A DNA stretch of 64,000 nt from an uncultured Methanosarcinaceae archaeon (GTDB lineage: Archaea > Halobacteriota > Methanosarcinia > Methanosarcinales > Methanosarcinaceae): the NCBI GenBank assembly GCA_963833425.1, contig CAWHXP010000005.1, positions 128,001-192,000 on the forward strand, in the 5' to 3' direction. The translations under genes were made by a program, and so were the position numbers. A model generated the notes under the pieces. It was not told where the DNA came from and made no database searches. It saw only the letters and a program-made list of their open reading frames with translations. Shown piece by piece: positions 1 through 11,034 of the stretch (position 1 is its first letter; every line of letters begins with the position of its first letter).

Positions 1-1565
1 CTTTCGTTGTAAAGAGATACATTTCCACCTACTATCGGAAGAGAAAGTTCCCTGGCCCCATCTCCAAGACCAGCTACAGCGCTTTTAAATTGCCAGTAAA
101 CTTCTGGACTTTCAGGGTTTCCAAAGTTCAGGCAATTTACAATGGCAAGTCCCTCTGCACCTTTCACTGCTAGGTTCATAGCATTTTCGATGATTGCCGT
201 TTTTCCTCCAGAATAAGGATCAAGAAGTGTAGCTCTGGGTTGGCAGCCACAAGAGAGTGCAATTCCTTTTTTGGATGTAATTCTGAGTACACCAGAGTCT
301 TCTCCGGGTTTGACAACTGTTCTCAACTGAACCTCATGATCATATTGTTTGTAAATCCATTCTTTTGAGGAAACGTTATGCGAGGACAAGACTTTCAGAA
401 AAGCTGTCTTCAAATCTATCGAAGTTTCATATTTTTTGCTTCCTTCTTCCATTTCGACAATAGGAGTCAGGGAAGATTTCTCGCATGTAGGAGTTCCTCC
501 AGTCAAAAAATATATCGGCAGATCCGCAACGATTTCTCCTCCAAACTCAACAATATACCTCGGCTCTTCTGTCAGGTATCCCACTACAGCTCCATTAAGG
601 TCATACTTCTCGGCCAGATAAAGTACGTCATCAACATTTTCAGGGGATACTTCAAAGAGCATGCGCTCCTGAGACTCGGAAAGCAATATTTCATAGGGGT
701 TCATGTCCTGTTCTCTCTGAGGTACTGCATCTGTAATAATATGGGCTCCTAAGTCCCCCTTTGCAGCCAATTCCGAACTCGCTCCCCCCAAGCCTGCAGC
801 TCCAAGGTCCTTGCAGGATCTTATGTAGCCATTTTCTATGGCTTCGAGGGTCATTTCTATAAGGAGTTTTTCTGAATATGGATCTCCTATCTGAACACTG
901 GGACGATCTTCGGCTTCTGCAGATTTACAGAGATCTCTGGAAGCAAAAGAAGCTCCACAAAGTCCATCTTTTCCAGTGCTTGAGCCCGCAAGTAAAAGCT
1001 TGTTTCCCGCTTTTTGTGAGCTAGAAGTTACTATATTCTCCTCCTTACAGAGTCCTAATGCAACTACATTCACCAATGGATTCCCATTATATCTCCTGTC
1101 AAAGAAAGTCTCACCGTTGACAACAGGTACTCCTATACAATTCCCATACCCTGCAATCCCTTTAATGATCTGCTCGAAAAAGAAGATATTTTTTGGAGTA
1201 TCTAGAGATCCAAGGTAGAGAGAGTCCATAAGGGCTATAGGGCGAGCCCCCATGGAGATTATATCCCTTACAATGCCTCCGATACCGGTAGCTGCTCCGT
1301 TATAGGGATCAACATATGAAGGATGGTTGTGACTTTCCATACCTATTGCTAGCACATATCCATCTTCGAATTTAATTACTGCGGCATCGTCTCCGGGTCC
1401 GATAATCACGTTTTCTCCTTTTGTAGTGAAGGTTTTTAGGAGAGGGGCACTTGAGCGGTAGGAACAGTGTTCGCTCCACAAATTCAAAAAGCAACCCTGT
1501 TCTACCAGGGTAGGCTCTCTCCCGAGTTCTGTTATAATAATCTTCATATCTTCTTCAGGTAACAT
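1..1565 (-). CDS. purL: Phosphoribosylformylglycinamidine synthase subunit PurL (runs off the window edge)
   Basis: Manual translation from ATG at 1565: [39 protein letters not shown]...GPGDDAAV...[26 protein letters not shown], the PurL signature motifs. Absent from the ORF track because its stop lies outside the window. Confidence 0.95.
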   Translation of the reverse strand, partial: MLPEEDMKIIITELGREPTLVEQGCFLNLWSEHCSYRSSAPLLKTFTTKGENVIIGPGDDAAVIKFEDGYVLAIGMESHNHPSYVDPYNGAATGIGGIVRDIISMGARPIALMDSLYLGSLDTPKNIFFFEQIIKGIAGYGNCIGVPVVNGETFFDRRYNGNPLVNVVALGLCKEENIVTSSSQKAGNKLLLAGSSTGKDGLCGASFASRDLCKSAEAEDRPSVQIGDPYSEKLLIEMTLEAIENGYIRSCKDLGAAGLGGASSELAAKGDLGAHIITDAVPQREQDMNPYEILLSESQERMLFEVSPENVDDVLYLAEKYDLNGAVVGYLTEEPRYIVEFGGEIVADLPIYFLTGGTPTCEKSSLTPIVEMEEGSKKYETSIDLKTAFLKVLSSHNVSSKEWIYKQYDHEVQLRTVVKPGEDSGVLRITSKKGIALSCGCQPRATLLDPYSGGKTAIIENAMNLAVKGAEGLAIVNCLNFGNPESPEVYWQFKSAVAGLGDGARELSLPIVGGNVSLYNE

Positions 1566-1652
1566 TGCATTGCCTCTGATTCTTTGAGCATTTATTTAAT
1601 CCCTGATCTTGTTCACGAGTTATTGATAAAATATGAAAAACGAGTATATTTC

Positions 1653-2016
1653 ACATTTTTTTTGGGAAAATGTAGAGAGAGTATCATGGCTACAATTTAA
1701 AAACTCATGAACACGACAGGATTATGAAGCTTCGGTTCTTTTCTTGTAATCATTCCCTGCAAGTTCAGGGTTTTTTTAGTTAGTTTTAGCAGACTATGCC
1801 GACATAAAGGGATAAGAATTAGATAAATATTTCTTTGCTACCCAAATTGCACTTCATGGGTAAGCAACCTGTCTCCCTAAGCTCGAGGGGAATAATTTAT
1901 AAATTTACAGTTTTCGTCTATTCTTTCATGTTTACCATGGTAATGATATTGTGTAGCGGCGGTGAGCTATCGAAAAATCATAACTAAGAATCTCTCTATA
2001 TTTTCCCCAAAAATGT
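1653..2016. mobile_element. Short element bounded by ~26-bp terminal inverted repeats (MITE or deleted IS)
   Basis: ACATTTTTTTTGGGAAAATGTAGAGAGA (1653-1680) matches the reverse complement of TCTCTCTATATTTTCCCCAAAAATGT (1991-2016). No ORF inside. Confidence 0.5.
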
Positions 2017-2139
2017 TAATTCACTAATTTTTTAGATTTAATCTAGACTAAGTAAGGGGCGCAACAAAGTATTGGATTTGATGAAAAAGAGCTAGTAAAT
2101 CAAAAAAGTAGATACGATAAAAATAAAGTGAACATAGTT

Positions 2140-2379
2140 TTATATTTGCTGGATCATTTTTTCCACTTTTACTCCGGTTTCGGTCAGGAAGTACATCTCT
2201 TCCTTTTTTGCAATTAATTCTTTCTCCTCAAGCTCTTTGAGAGTCTTTGCAATAGTTGGATATACAACTCTTAGTGTTTTAGATATTCTCTTTTCTTCCA
2301 TTTTTCCTTTTGAGGAAAGTAAGGAGAGCACCTTTTGTCTCACATTATTTCCGTTCACAAAACCTACTAATTCATTCAT
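2140..2379 (-). CDS. Small winged-helix DNA-binding protein
   Basis: 79 aa; helix-turn-helix (ISKTLRVVYPTIAKTLKELEEKELI) followed by a wing (YFLTETG). Confidence 0.75.
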   Translation of the reverse strand: MNELVGFVNGNNVRQKVLSLLSSKGKMEEKRISKTLRVVYPTIAKTLKELEEKELIAKKEEMYFLTETGVKVEKMIQQI

Positions 2380-2955
2380 AAAATACTCCAGAGCGTTGAT
2401 ATTAATATCTAAAAATTATTATGTGTTCGTATGCATAATTTAGATGGATATATTGTATAATTAAACCGAGTACAGAGAAATTGAATTTAAGATATATTTA
2501 GCTTTTTGCCGTAGTAGTCCAGAATCTCTTCCGTTCCGAAACTATTTCTCCAAATCAAAATAAAAAAAACTATTGAAGTAATGGAATAGTTGATTATGAC
2601 TCTAAAAATAACTCCACTTCTGGTATATACATATATTGTTTACTATCCATCTCTCCTGAGTTACGTCCTCAATTTGACAGAATCATAATTTAAGATGATT
2701 CCGATCTACCCCTACTTTCTTTCTTTGAGGGAATGCTATCCAATTTTTTTCCGTTAATTCCTGTATTTAATCAGATTTTTTTATTTTCTGGTCATCCTTC
2801 TTTGATTTCAAATATAGTTTATACTATTTTTATTAATAATCTTTTATGAATATTTACTTATGATTTTTTTTCCCCCCAAGCCTCAGAAAATAATTTCGAA
2901 ATCTTCCTTGTTGTTATGCTTGTTGCTGAGTTTGCTTTCAGGATTGCAGAAAATT

Positions 2956-5319
2956 TTACATGAGTCTTATCTTCAGTTCCATAGCCTGTTTTTTCCAGTA
3001 TTTTCTGCCTTCTTTACAGCGTCTGTTTACACAGAAATCTTCTTCGTAACTTTTGCCGTCTTCTTTTAACCTGAAGATTATCCAACCACATAATTCACAA
3101 GTTTTGTCAAGAAGATTCAATTTTCCTGTTTTTGGGACGGAATGTGTGTACCCACAACGCTTTGTACATGCCAGGAAACGGTTGTCTTTGAAAGTGATCA
3201 GGAACATCCTTCCGTCACATTCCGGGCACATTCCTACAGTTTCCGGAGGGTGACATTCCTTTTCTAGATCGCATTTAAAACAAGGACCTATGCCTACAGC
3301 CCAGATGTATTTGTTTCCGACCTTCAGAACAGCTGCTCCTTCCTTTTTGCATTCCTTGCTCCTGAGTAGGGTCAAAGCTCCTGTTTTTGGTAAAGGATAA
3401 GCTATTCTACAATCTGGATAACCTGTACAGCCAACAAAGCGTCCTGAATCTGTCTGTATGATCCGTAGCACATGGCCACAAGTCTTACAAGTCCCTATAT
3501 AGTTTTTTTTGTCCTCAAGAGCAGCTGCATCTTTGATAGTGCCCGCTATGCTGAAAGTCAGCTCCCTTTTATTTGCTTCAAGCTGAGTGTACATCTCCCT
3601 GACCAAGGCCGTCCCCTCTTCAAGAGCAGCTTCAAACTTTTTTTTACCATCTTCGACCTCCTGGATCAGAGATTCGATCTTTGCCCTAATCTCTGGCCTA
3701 ACAAGAATAGGGACAGTGAGAAAAAGTCCTTCCATAAGAGTAAAACCAGTATCCAAAATCGAAACAGTTTTTCCATTGGTCTCGAAGTACCCTCGTTTTT
3801 TGTTTGTTTCTATATGAGTTGGAGCTGTTGCCTTTGTTCCTATTCCATGCTTATCCATAAGTGTCAGAAGTTCGGCTTCAGTCAGTTTTTTTGGAGGGCT
3901 AGTCTTGGCCTTCGTATTACTGAGCTTTTTTATTCCAACTTTTTGTCCCTCCTCTACAAAAGGGAGAAGCTTGTCTTTTTTGTTTTCAAAGGGATAGACT
4001 TCAAGCCATCCTGAATTTTTGAGTACTGTTCCTGCTGAGTCAAATAGATCTTCCTGCACGAGCAAGTGTAAGTGGGTCTTCTCAAAAATCGCTGCAAGCA
4101 TGAGATTAGCCAGGAAGTGTCTTGTTATAAGGTCATAGACATCGGGTGCCTGAGGGATGATTATCGCAGAACTTACCTCTCCTCGCGATGCAGCTCTTAT
4201 AGGATGGATTGGAGGGTGGTCATGGGCATCTCTAGTCCCATTTTTCGGGATTATAGGAGCTATAAGGATAGATTCGGCAAAAGGTCTGTATTCATTCAGC
4301 TGCGCAAAATCAAGGACAATGGACTGGAAATCAAAATCATCTGCATATTTATTTGTCTCTGTTCGAGGGTAGCTTGTGAATCCTGCAAGATAAAGCTGTT
4401 CTGCGACCTCAAGAGCAATTTCTGGGCTGATTCCAAGATATTTAGAAGCCCTTTTTAGAAATTCAGTGGTATTTAACGGGTTAGGAGGGCTTGTTTTTGT
4501 TTCTTTTATCGTCTTTTTTGCAATAAGTCCTTCTTTTGTTCCTTTTAGCCTCTTGAAAATCTCAGCAGCTTTTTCTTTTTCGTGAATATTTCCTGCTCTA
4601 TGAATACCTTCGAATTCCCCCTCTTTTGCAGAGAAAATTGCTGTAATTTTCCAGAAGTCCTTTGCCTGAAAGGCCCGAATTGCTTTTTCCCGTTCGTAAA
4701 CAAACCCACAGGTAGGAGTCTGGCAGGGGCCTATTGAAAGGACACCATTTGTCCTTGCCTTTTCTCTGACCGAAAGCGTAACAAAACGAGTAAATGCTGC
4801 ACCCATTTTTAGATCTAAAATCTGCCTGGCTTCTGCAGCCATTGCCATGTTATAATCTGGTTCCATCAAGCTCTCGAAAGCTTTCTTCACCTCTTTTGGA
4901 GAAAGGGCTGAAAAACGTGCCCTTGATATTGGCACATTAGTGACTTCTTCGGCCAGTGATTTGGCTTCGAACCCTATATTTTCCCCTTCTCGATCATAGT
5001 CACAGGCAAGAATGATCTTTTCCGCCTTTTTTGCGAGATTTTTTACTGCAGAGGCATAATTTGCTCTTGTCACGAATTTTACAGGGTCAACTCCAAGGAG
5101 GTCTCCAGGATTGACTTGGTTCCATTTATGATACTGCTCTGGGAAATCATAATTCATAATGTGCCCTGATAGCCCCATTGCCAGCCAATCTGCCCCCTTC
5201 CATTTAAATTCATATACCGGGAGCCCTTCTACTTCAATTTTCTTCGCATCCCCATCGCCTAGTATACTGGCAATTTGGGCTGCAGCCTTATTTTTTTCTG
5301 CAAATGCGACGATTGTCAT
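2956..5319 (-). CDS. topA: Type IA DNA topoisomerase with C-terminal Zn ribbons
   Basis: TOPRIM motifs (AEK, ACDYDREGENIG), catalytic SYPRTET, several CxxC ribbons. Confidence 0.95.
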   Translation of the reverse strand: MTIVAFAEKNKAAAQIASILGDGDAKKIEVEGLPVYEFKWKGADWLAMGLSGHIMNYDFPEQYHKWNQVNPGDLLGVDPVKFVTRANYASAVKNLAKKAEKIILACDYDREGENIGFEAKSLAEEVTNVPISRARFSALSPKEVKKAFESLMEPDYNMAMAAEARQILDLKMGAAFTRFVTLSVREKARTNGVLSIGPCQTPTCGFVYEREKAIRAFQAKDFWKITAIFSAKEGEFEGIHRAGNIHEKEKAAEIFKRLKGTKEGLIAKKTIKETKTSPPNPLNTTEFLKRASKYLGISPEIALEVAEQLYLAGFTSYPRTETNKYADDFDFQSIVLDFAQLNEYRPFAESILIAPIIPKNGTRDAHDHPPIHPIRAASRGEVSSAIIIPQAPDVYDLITRHFLANLMLAAIFEKTHLHLLVQEDLFDSAGTVLKNSGWLEVYPFENKKDKLLPFVEEGQKVGIKKLSNTKAKTSPPKKLTEAELLTLMDKHGIGTKATAPTHIETNKKRGYFETNGKTVSILDTGFTLMEGLFLTVPILVRPEIRAKIESLIQEVEDGKKKFEAALEEGTALVREMYTQLEANKRELTFSIAGTIKDAAALEDKKNYIGTCKTCGHVLRIIQTDSGRFVGCTGYPDCRIAYPLPKTGALTLLRSKECKKEGAAVLKVGNKYIWAVGIGPCFKCDLEKECHPPETVGMCPECDGRMFLITFKDNRFLACTKRCGYTHSVPKTGKLNLLDKTCELCGWIIFRLKEDGKSYEEDFCVNRRCKEGRKYWKKQAMELKIRLM

Positions 5320-6770
5320 ATGAGTACCTTGGCATTGCTATTGAAAATAGCATTTAGATATGTATAATACGAGGAAATGTGTAAGAAAATTTATGCGAAT
5401 AATGTAAACCAAATAAGAAAACTAATTATCACATAAACCACCTAACTAAGTTATCCTACATATTATAAGTTAATAATGATATGTACGCAAACAGCATAAG
5501 AAAACTAAAATTCAATATAAAATATTTTAAGTCCAAAACTACATTATCTTAGTGGAAATATTCTAATATTGCTTTCTTATATATATATATATTTATTGAA
5601 AATTAGATGTATTTCAAGGAACTTCTATAAATACAGGCATGTGGGGAGCATCGCAGCTTTCTATGAAACCGGAGCTGCGACTAATATTATTTCAGGACTG
5701 CCCTTAGACTTTTAGCGTACTCTTTTACCTACAATAACGATCACAGCTGGATTTTCGGTCTCTTAATTTGTCATTGGTTGAGCAGCAAATCCTGAAAGAG
5801 GGATTTACGGGATTTCTATTGTATCTACAGTAATACTCTCAACCACAGAATTCAAATCACCAATTTTGTAGTCACTTGATTCGCTTCAACGAAGAGAAAG
5901 TAAAACATTATTCTCGAGAAAATTGGATCGTCCGATTCAGCGTGGTATCTTCCAAACCACTTGAGATAGTATTGGCAGTACTCAAAGCTGCTATTGGACA
6001 TCCTGATATGGTCGATTTGTGAAAGCAATCAGGATGCATCGAACTTTGCTGAATTGAAAAGTGCAATCCATAGAGGCCTTAAAATAATTGGATTGAGGGT
6101 GTTCATGAAAACTCGATTACGGTGCGATTTTGCGTAAGGAAACAGGGCTTTATAATCCGAAAGTCGCGCTTTTTGATTGGCAATCCGCGAATCATGAAAA
6201 AAAATGATAAATCAGATTCAAGACGCTGGATCTTGTGTTCTAATCACAATTCTGGTGTATGAGCGGCTAGAAGGCTAGCATTTGTCGTACGACAAGATGA
6301 CTAGTCTTTTGGCTCCATACAGAAACCCCAAAGTTTTCGCGATCTCTAGGGATCTGGACTCAAAAGTCGAGTGCATTTTCGAGAGTCTATGATTTGAAGA
6401 TCCCAGAAAATAGTGAAAGCCTCACACTTTTAAATAAAAAAATTGTTAAATTAGATCAGAAATTTTGATGCCTAATTTGAAATATTTAAAAAAACAAATT
6501 TAGAAGTGTAGCCATTTTTCAACTAGAAAAGTATTTTTAGCCAATACAAAATAGTGAAAAGCCAGATTTTTGTTCATATGTCTATAAAACTCTATTGTCC
6601 AATATTATATAGAATATACTTGTTCTGTCCTGTTAATAGCTCAATAAATATAAAAAGTACATATGCACTTGATGTATAAAATCAAATGAAATTGGCATTG
6701 CGGTCAAATCTTTTTCAAATAAATATAAGTTCAATACAGTTGATTTTTCATTATGTTGCGTAAGACATAA

Positions 6771-7871
6771 TTAATTGATGCTTGTTTTTTCCTTTACTGT
6801 GAACCTCATAGTGAATTCAGTTCCCTTGTTTCTTTTAATCTCTAGTTCCCCATCTAATTGGTCTATAAGAGAAGCTACTAGCTGAAATCCTAGACTTTCA
6901 GTCTCCTCAATCTCAAGGTTTTCAGGTACACCCACTCCGTCATCTGAAACTGCTAGGATGAAACTGGTACTATTATCATTTTTAATTTTGCTTTTTACTC
7001 CGCGATTTGTATATTCCCCTGTTTTTTCACGGCAAAACTTTATTTGAATTTTTCCTTCAGCTCTGTCTGGAAATGCATGTTTTAGGGAATTCGAAGTAAG
7101 TTCATTAACAATCATTCCTAAAGGAATTGCAGTATCAATATCAAAGAAGAGATTTTCTTCCAGATCCGTGTTCAAAAGTATATTGGAATTTACAAATCTA
7201 TAAGTCTGGACAAGATTTTGAGTCAGCATCTCAAGGTATGATGAAAAATCTAGATATTGGGTCTTTCCGCTTTTGTATAATTCCTCATGAATGAGGGCCA
7301 TAGATCTCACTCTATCCTGACTTTCCTTGAAAGCATCTATAACTTCTGAACTCGTGACTCTTATTTTGCTTTTGAATTTATCAGCTTGAAGGTCAAGAAG
7401 TGAAGATATTACCTGTAAGTTATTCTTGATCCTATGGTGAATTTCCTTTTTACGGGCAATCTCAAGGTTTATGAGTACCTCTTCGATCTTTTTGCGCTCA
7501 ATAGAATATTGGATAGAACGTTTCAATAATCTACCATTTATTTGTCCTTTGATTAAATAGTCCTGAGCACTTTTTTTCACAGCATCAATCCCAATTTTCT
7601 CATCATTTGATGCAGTAAAGATTATAATCGGAATTCGTGAATTCCTTGCATGGATATCAAGAAAGGTGTCGATACCATCACTATCCGGCAAGCATAGATC
7701 TGTCAATATTACGTCAAATGGACGCTCTTTAAGAAGACTCAAACCTTCGTTCAGGGTTTCAACGTTTTTAAGATCATAGTGGAAGTCTGAGAATTCTTCA
7801 AGCATATCTTCAATGAGATGTACATCATTAGGATTATCCTCTAAAAGCAAGATTTCAACCTTTTCACCCAT
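6771..7871 (-). CDS. Receiver-domain / HisKA_2-type histidine kinase hybrid
   Basis: N-terminal receiver (ILLLEDNPND...DLCLPDSDG...DYLIK), then EIHHRIKNNLQ H-box and HATPase (NSLKHAF, DDGVG, SLGFQLV). Start placed at MGEKVEI. Confidence 0.9.
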   Translation of the reverse strand: MGEKVEILLLEDNPNDVHLIEDMLEEFSDFHYDLKNVETLNEGLSLLKERPFDVILTDLCLPDSDGIDTFLDIHARNSRIPIIIFTASNDEKIGIDAVKKSAQDYLIKGQINGRLLKRSIQYSIERKKIEEVLINLEIARKKEIHHRIKNNLQVISSLLDLQADKFKSKIRVTSSEVIDAFKESQDRVRSMALIHEELYKSGKTQYLDFSSYLEMLTQNLVQTYRFVNSNILLNTDLEENLFFDIDTAIPLGMIVNELTSNSLKHAFPDRAEGKIQIKFCREKTGEYTNRGVKSKIKNDNSTSFILAVSDDGVGVPENLEIEETESLGFQLVASLIDQLDGELEIKRNKGTEFTMRFTVKEKTSIN

Positions 7872-8788
7872 AGTTAAACAGTTTCCTATCTGAGTCAAAT
7901 TGATTTAATTTCGATCTAACTTCACAACTACAAGTCAAAAAAATAATGTTCTCATTTATGAGACTTCTTTAATATACAAATTTTAATGAAAATCTGAAAG
8001 TGTTTTTTTATTGTTAAAATTTAATTTTTGAAATTTTGCGAGGTTGATCTGTAAAGTGGAATAAAAAGTTGAACCTTTATCTAGCTCAAATTCTACAACA
8101 TAGTACAATTATCCTGGTATCCATATGTAATGAGTTTGTTACTAATGTCTGAAGAGGATAACCTGCAGTGCTTGCTTAAATGGGACGTGCAGACCATTTA
8201 TTCGGGTGGAGTCTCGGACAAATAGACTTTTAAGTGACTGAAGATATAGGCCTCTACATGGGGTGTGGGTGTGTTCTTCATGCTAGTAAGTGAATGTGAT
8301 TAAGCAATTTGCTGAAATCGAGGATAGGAGGTGATTTTCTACAATTGCTCAGTATGCTCACACATTCAGCAGGTCATATCACATTTCGTAACTCTATAAC
8401 TCTCTACTTTAAATTATTAAGTATGATTGTTCTAAAGTGTAATTACCATATTATACTTATTTTAAATTAATTCTGTGAAAAATAGTTTTTAAGCAAAAAT
8501 TATCCCTTCATAAAATGTTTTAATCTAGAACAACATTTTAATATCGATGATATTTTTATTTTCACCGAAATTTTTCACAAATTCAACCTTGAGCTTTTTC
8601 CCAAAGAAGCAACATAAATCAATTTTATAGGCTCTTCTTTTTCATTAAATTAAGATATTTTGGCTCTTAAAAATCCTTTGAAATTTCCCTCATATAAATA
8701 AATCATACCGAAGAATATAAAAAGAGTTGTTGCGACAACGCTATCATCTTTTCGCTAGGTGCTTAATATATCCTTGAACCTGAAAATT

Positions 8789-9061
8789 TTAACAAGTCAT
8801 TTTATAATAAATCTGCGGATTCTCTTTTACAACAAGCACTGCTTTTCTCGAGTATTTGATCACATTTTTTGCTACACGTCCAATCAAGAATCTCGGGAGT
8901 TCAGTTTTTTCGTGTGTACCCATAAAAATAGAGTTAATGTCGTTTTTCTGCAAAATTGATAATCTAATCTGTAGTGCTTCCTTCAAAAATTGCAGATTCC
9001 ACCTCAAAATTTGCAACTTTTCTGACGTTAAAACATAATTATTGTCACTTAGGTTACTCAA
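8789..9061 (-). pseudogene. Universal stress protein C-terminal fragment
   Basis: IFMGTHEKTELPRFLIGRVAKNVIKYSRKAVLVV resembles the Usp C-terminal motif; the N-terminal half is missing. Confidence 0.65.
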
Positions 9062-9281
9062 AATTATATAACCACGGGGAAAAAACGGCGAGGCACAGAG
9101 AAATGTTCTCTCAGCCTCATCAATTCTTTTTTTATGCTATTAGTAGTCCAACTTTGCATTTAAGTTTAGTAGATACATTTATGCACTGGCGATAAATCCA
9201 TTTTTGCCCTTTATCGAAAAATTTTCATAGGTGAACCCTCAATGGCAGTCTCAAAGGTGCGTAAATGTAGCAAGAACTCTC

Positions 9282-9749
9282 TCAGTAAATCTGCTCCGCC
9301 AGATAGTTTCCAACACCCATCTGTTTGATCTGATCGAGTTGGGCTTCGATCCAGTCGATGTGTTCTTCTTCTTCCTTCAGAATCGACTCTAGAAGTACTT
9401 TTGTGTTATTATCTCCCACCTCAGCCGCCAAATGAATACTTTCATTGTAACCTCGAATCGCCGTTTCTTCGGCTCCGTGGTCATACCCATGAATATTTGG
9501 AACTTCGGCGCCGATGATTATTTTATTTAATGTACTTACAATCGGCTTCCCCTCAAGGAAAAGGATCCTTGCAATCAGCTTCTCCGCGTGCTTCATCTCG
9601 GCGATAGCTCGCTTCTGGATCGTTTCTTCTAGTTGCTTGTAATTCCAGTTTTCGCACATCTCAGCATGGACAATGTACTGGTTGATAGCAGTCAGTTCGT
9701 CGGCCAAACGAGCGTTTAGATGTTCAATAATCTTCTCATTTCCTTTCAT
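9282..9749 (-). CDS. bfr: Bacterioferritin
   Basis: MKGNEKIIEHLNARLADELTAINQY...EMKHAEKLIARILFLEG...EEEHIDWIE: ferroxidase Glu/His ligands and the heme-ligating Met in EMKH. Confidence 0.92.
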   Translation of the reverse strand: MKGNEKIIEHLNARLADELTAINQYIVHAEMCENWNYKQLEETIQKRAIAEMKHAEKLIARILFLEGKPIVSTLNKIIIGAEVPNIHGYDHGAEETAIRGYNESIHLAAEVGDNNTKVLLESILKEEEEHIDWIEAQLDQIKQMGVGNYLAEQIY

Positions 9750-9795
9750 AAATAAACTTCCTATCAAATGAAAATCGTATATAAGCTTTCTAAAA

Positions 9796-10257
9796 TTATT
9801 CTATCTGTATTTTTTTTGTTGGCTCTCCTAGCTTCATTTTCGGAAGTGTTATCGTCAGCACACCATTTTCAATTTTTGCAGTACTTCCCTCTTCTTTAAC
9901 ATTGGTAGGTAGGTGAACAACTCGGTAAAATCGGGTATATTCTCTTTCCTTACGAATATATCCTTCTTCTTCGGTTTCTTTTTCCTTCCCGCTCTTTGCA
10001 CTTATTTCAAGCATATCTTCTTTAAGGTTTATTTCGATATCCTCTTTATTTATTCCTGGCAGGTCGGTAGTAACCAATAGTTTGTTTTCTTCGTCCTTGA
10101 TGTCAACGGCAGGAGTAAATACATTTTCTACTCCCCATTTTTTCATAGGCATAAAGTCCTCAAAAAGCATGTTCAGGCGTTCCTGTGTCTTTCTAATCTC
10201 TTCAAAAGGATCCCAGCGTACGGGTCCTGAAGATGTTCTCTTAGCAGGCCAGTTCAT
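9796..10257 (-). CDS. Hsp20/alpha-crystallin small heat shock protein
   Basis: WDPF N-terminal motif, PAVDI...DLPG...AKIENGVLTITLPK, C-terminal IxI (IQI). Confidence 0.92.
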   Translation of the reverse strand: MNWPAKRTSSGPVRWDPFEEIRKTQERLNMLFEDFMPMKKWGVENVFTPAVDIKDEENKLLVTTDLPGINKEDIEINLKEDMLEISAKSGKEKETEEEGYIRKEREYTRFYRVVHLPTNVKEEGSTAKIENGVLTITLPKMKLGEPTKKIQIE

Positions 10258-10465
10258 TTAAAAGTCTCCTAAAATTAACGTTATTCTCATATAATTAAAA
10301 GTATGAGTTATTGCGAAAATAACTCATCAACGAGATTATTATTTGTGTGTTTTTTTGTTTCTGTCAATTGCATTATTATATCCATTCGATTCCTATTGAT
10401 GCAACTTTCCTTTCTGTTCAAAATAGATAATTTCGTTTGCAATAGATGGTGTCAAAGAGACGTTC

Positions 10466-10625
10466 TTGACTCCTCTACACCTTTACTCTTGAGTGCGGAA
10501 GAGATTCCCAAATAATGTGATACTAGTAGGAGCTTCAAATAAGGTAATTAAGAAGTGGGAGTAGACTCCAGGAATCTAAAGTATACTCTGCCAGGCGGAG
10601 CCTAGCGTCTTGATTGATATATTCG
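10466..10625 (-). mobile_element. IS200/IS605-type right-end remnant (tnpB 3' tail plus reRNA/omegaRNA-like scaffold)
   Basis: Minus strand reads NISIKTLG-like codons followed by ...GAAGCTCC...GGGAATCTCTTCC...GAGGAGTCAA, the GGAATC...GAGGA.GTCAA pattern typical of IS605-group right ends. Confidence 0.5.
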
Positions 10626-10702
10626 TAAAAATTTATTCTCAAAACCTGAAGATACTTCCACTATCTAAGTTATCTGCTGTAGCTTTGAAACTTCCGCTTT
10701 GG

Positions 10703-11034
10703 TTATTCTATGGTCATGTATTTATCAATTTGTCTATTCATGGCCAGATCAGTACTGTCATCATCAGTTTCAGTATCTATGTCCATGTTCTTCATGCCCA
10801 TGCTCTTCTCTTTCATGTCCTTCATGCCCATGTTCTTCACGTTCATATTTTTGCTGTGGTGATGGTGCTTGAAGACTTTAGTCTTCAAGTCTTTCAATAT
10901 TATAATAATTGTTTTCTTTCTTTAACAACAACAGGGTGTGCGCTACCTGCTGCAGCTGTCACTGATACTACAAAAAGGACTGTCAGCAAGATAGTCCGTA
11001 TCTTTTTCACTCTGCTAAGCGATTGCTTCAACAT
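10703..11034 (-). pseudogene. Small secreted His/Met-rich protein with one frameshift
   Basis: Signal peptide MLKQSLSRVKKIRTILLTVLFVVSVTAAAGSA; a frame change near 10915 joins KTIIIILKDLKTKVFKHHHHSKNMNVKNMGMKDMKEKSMGMKNMD. Confidence 0.6.
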
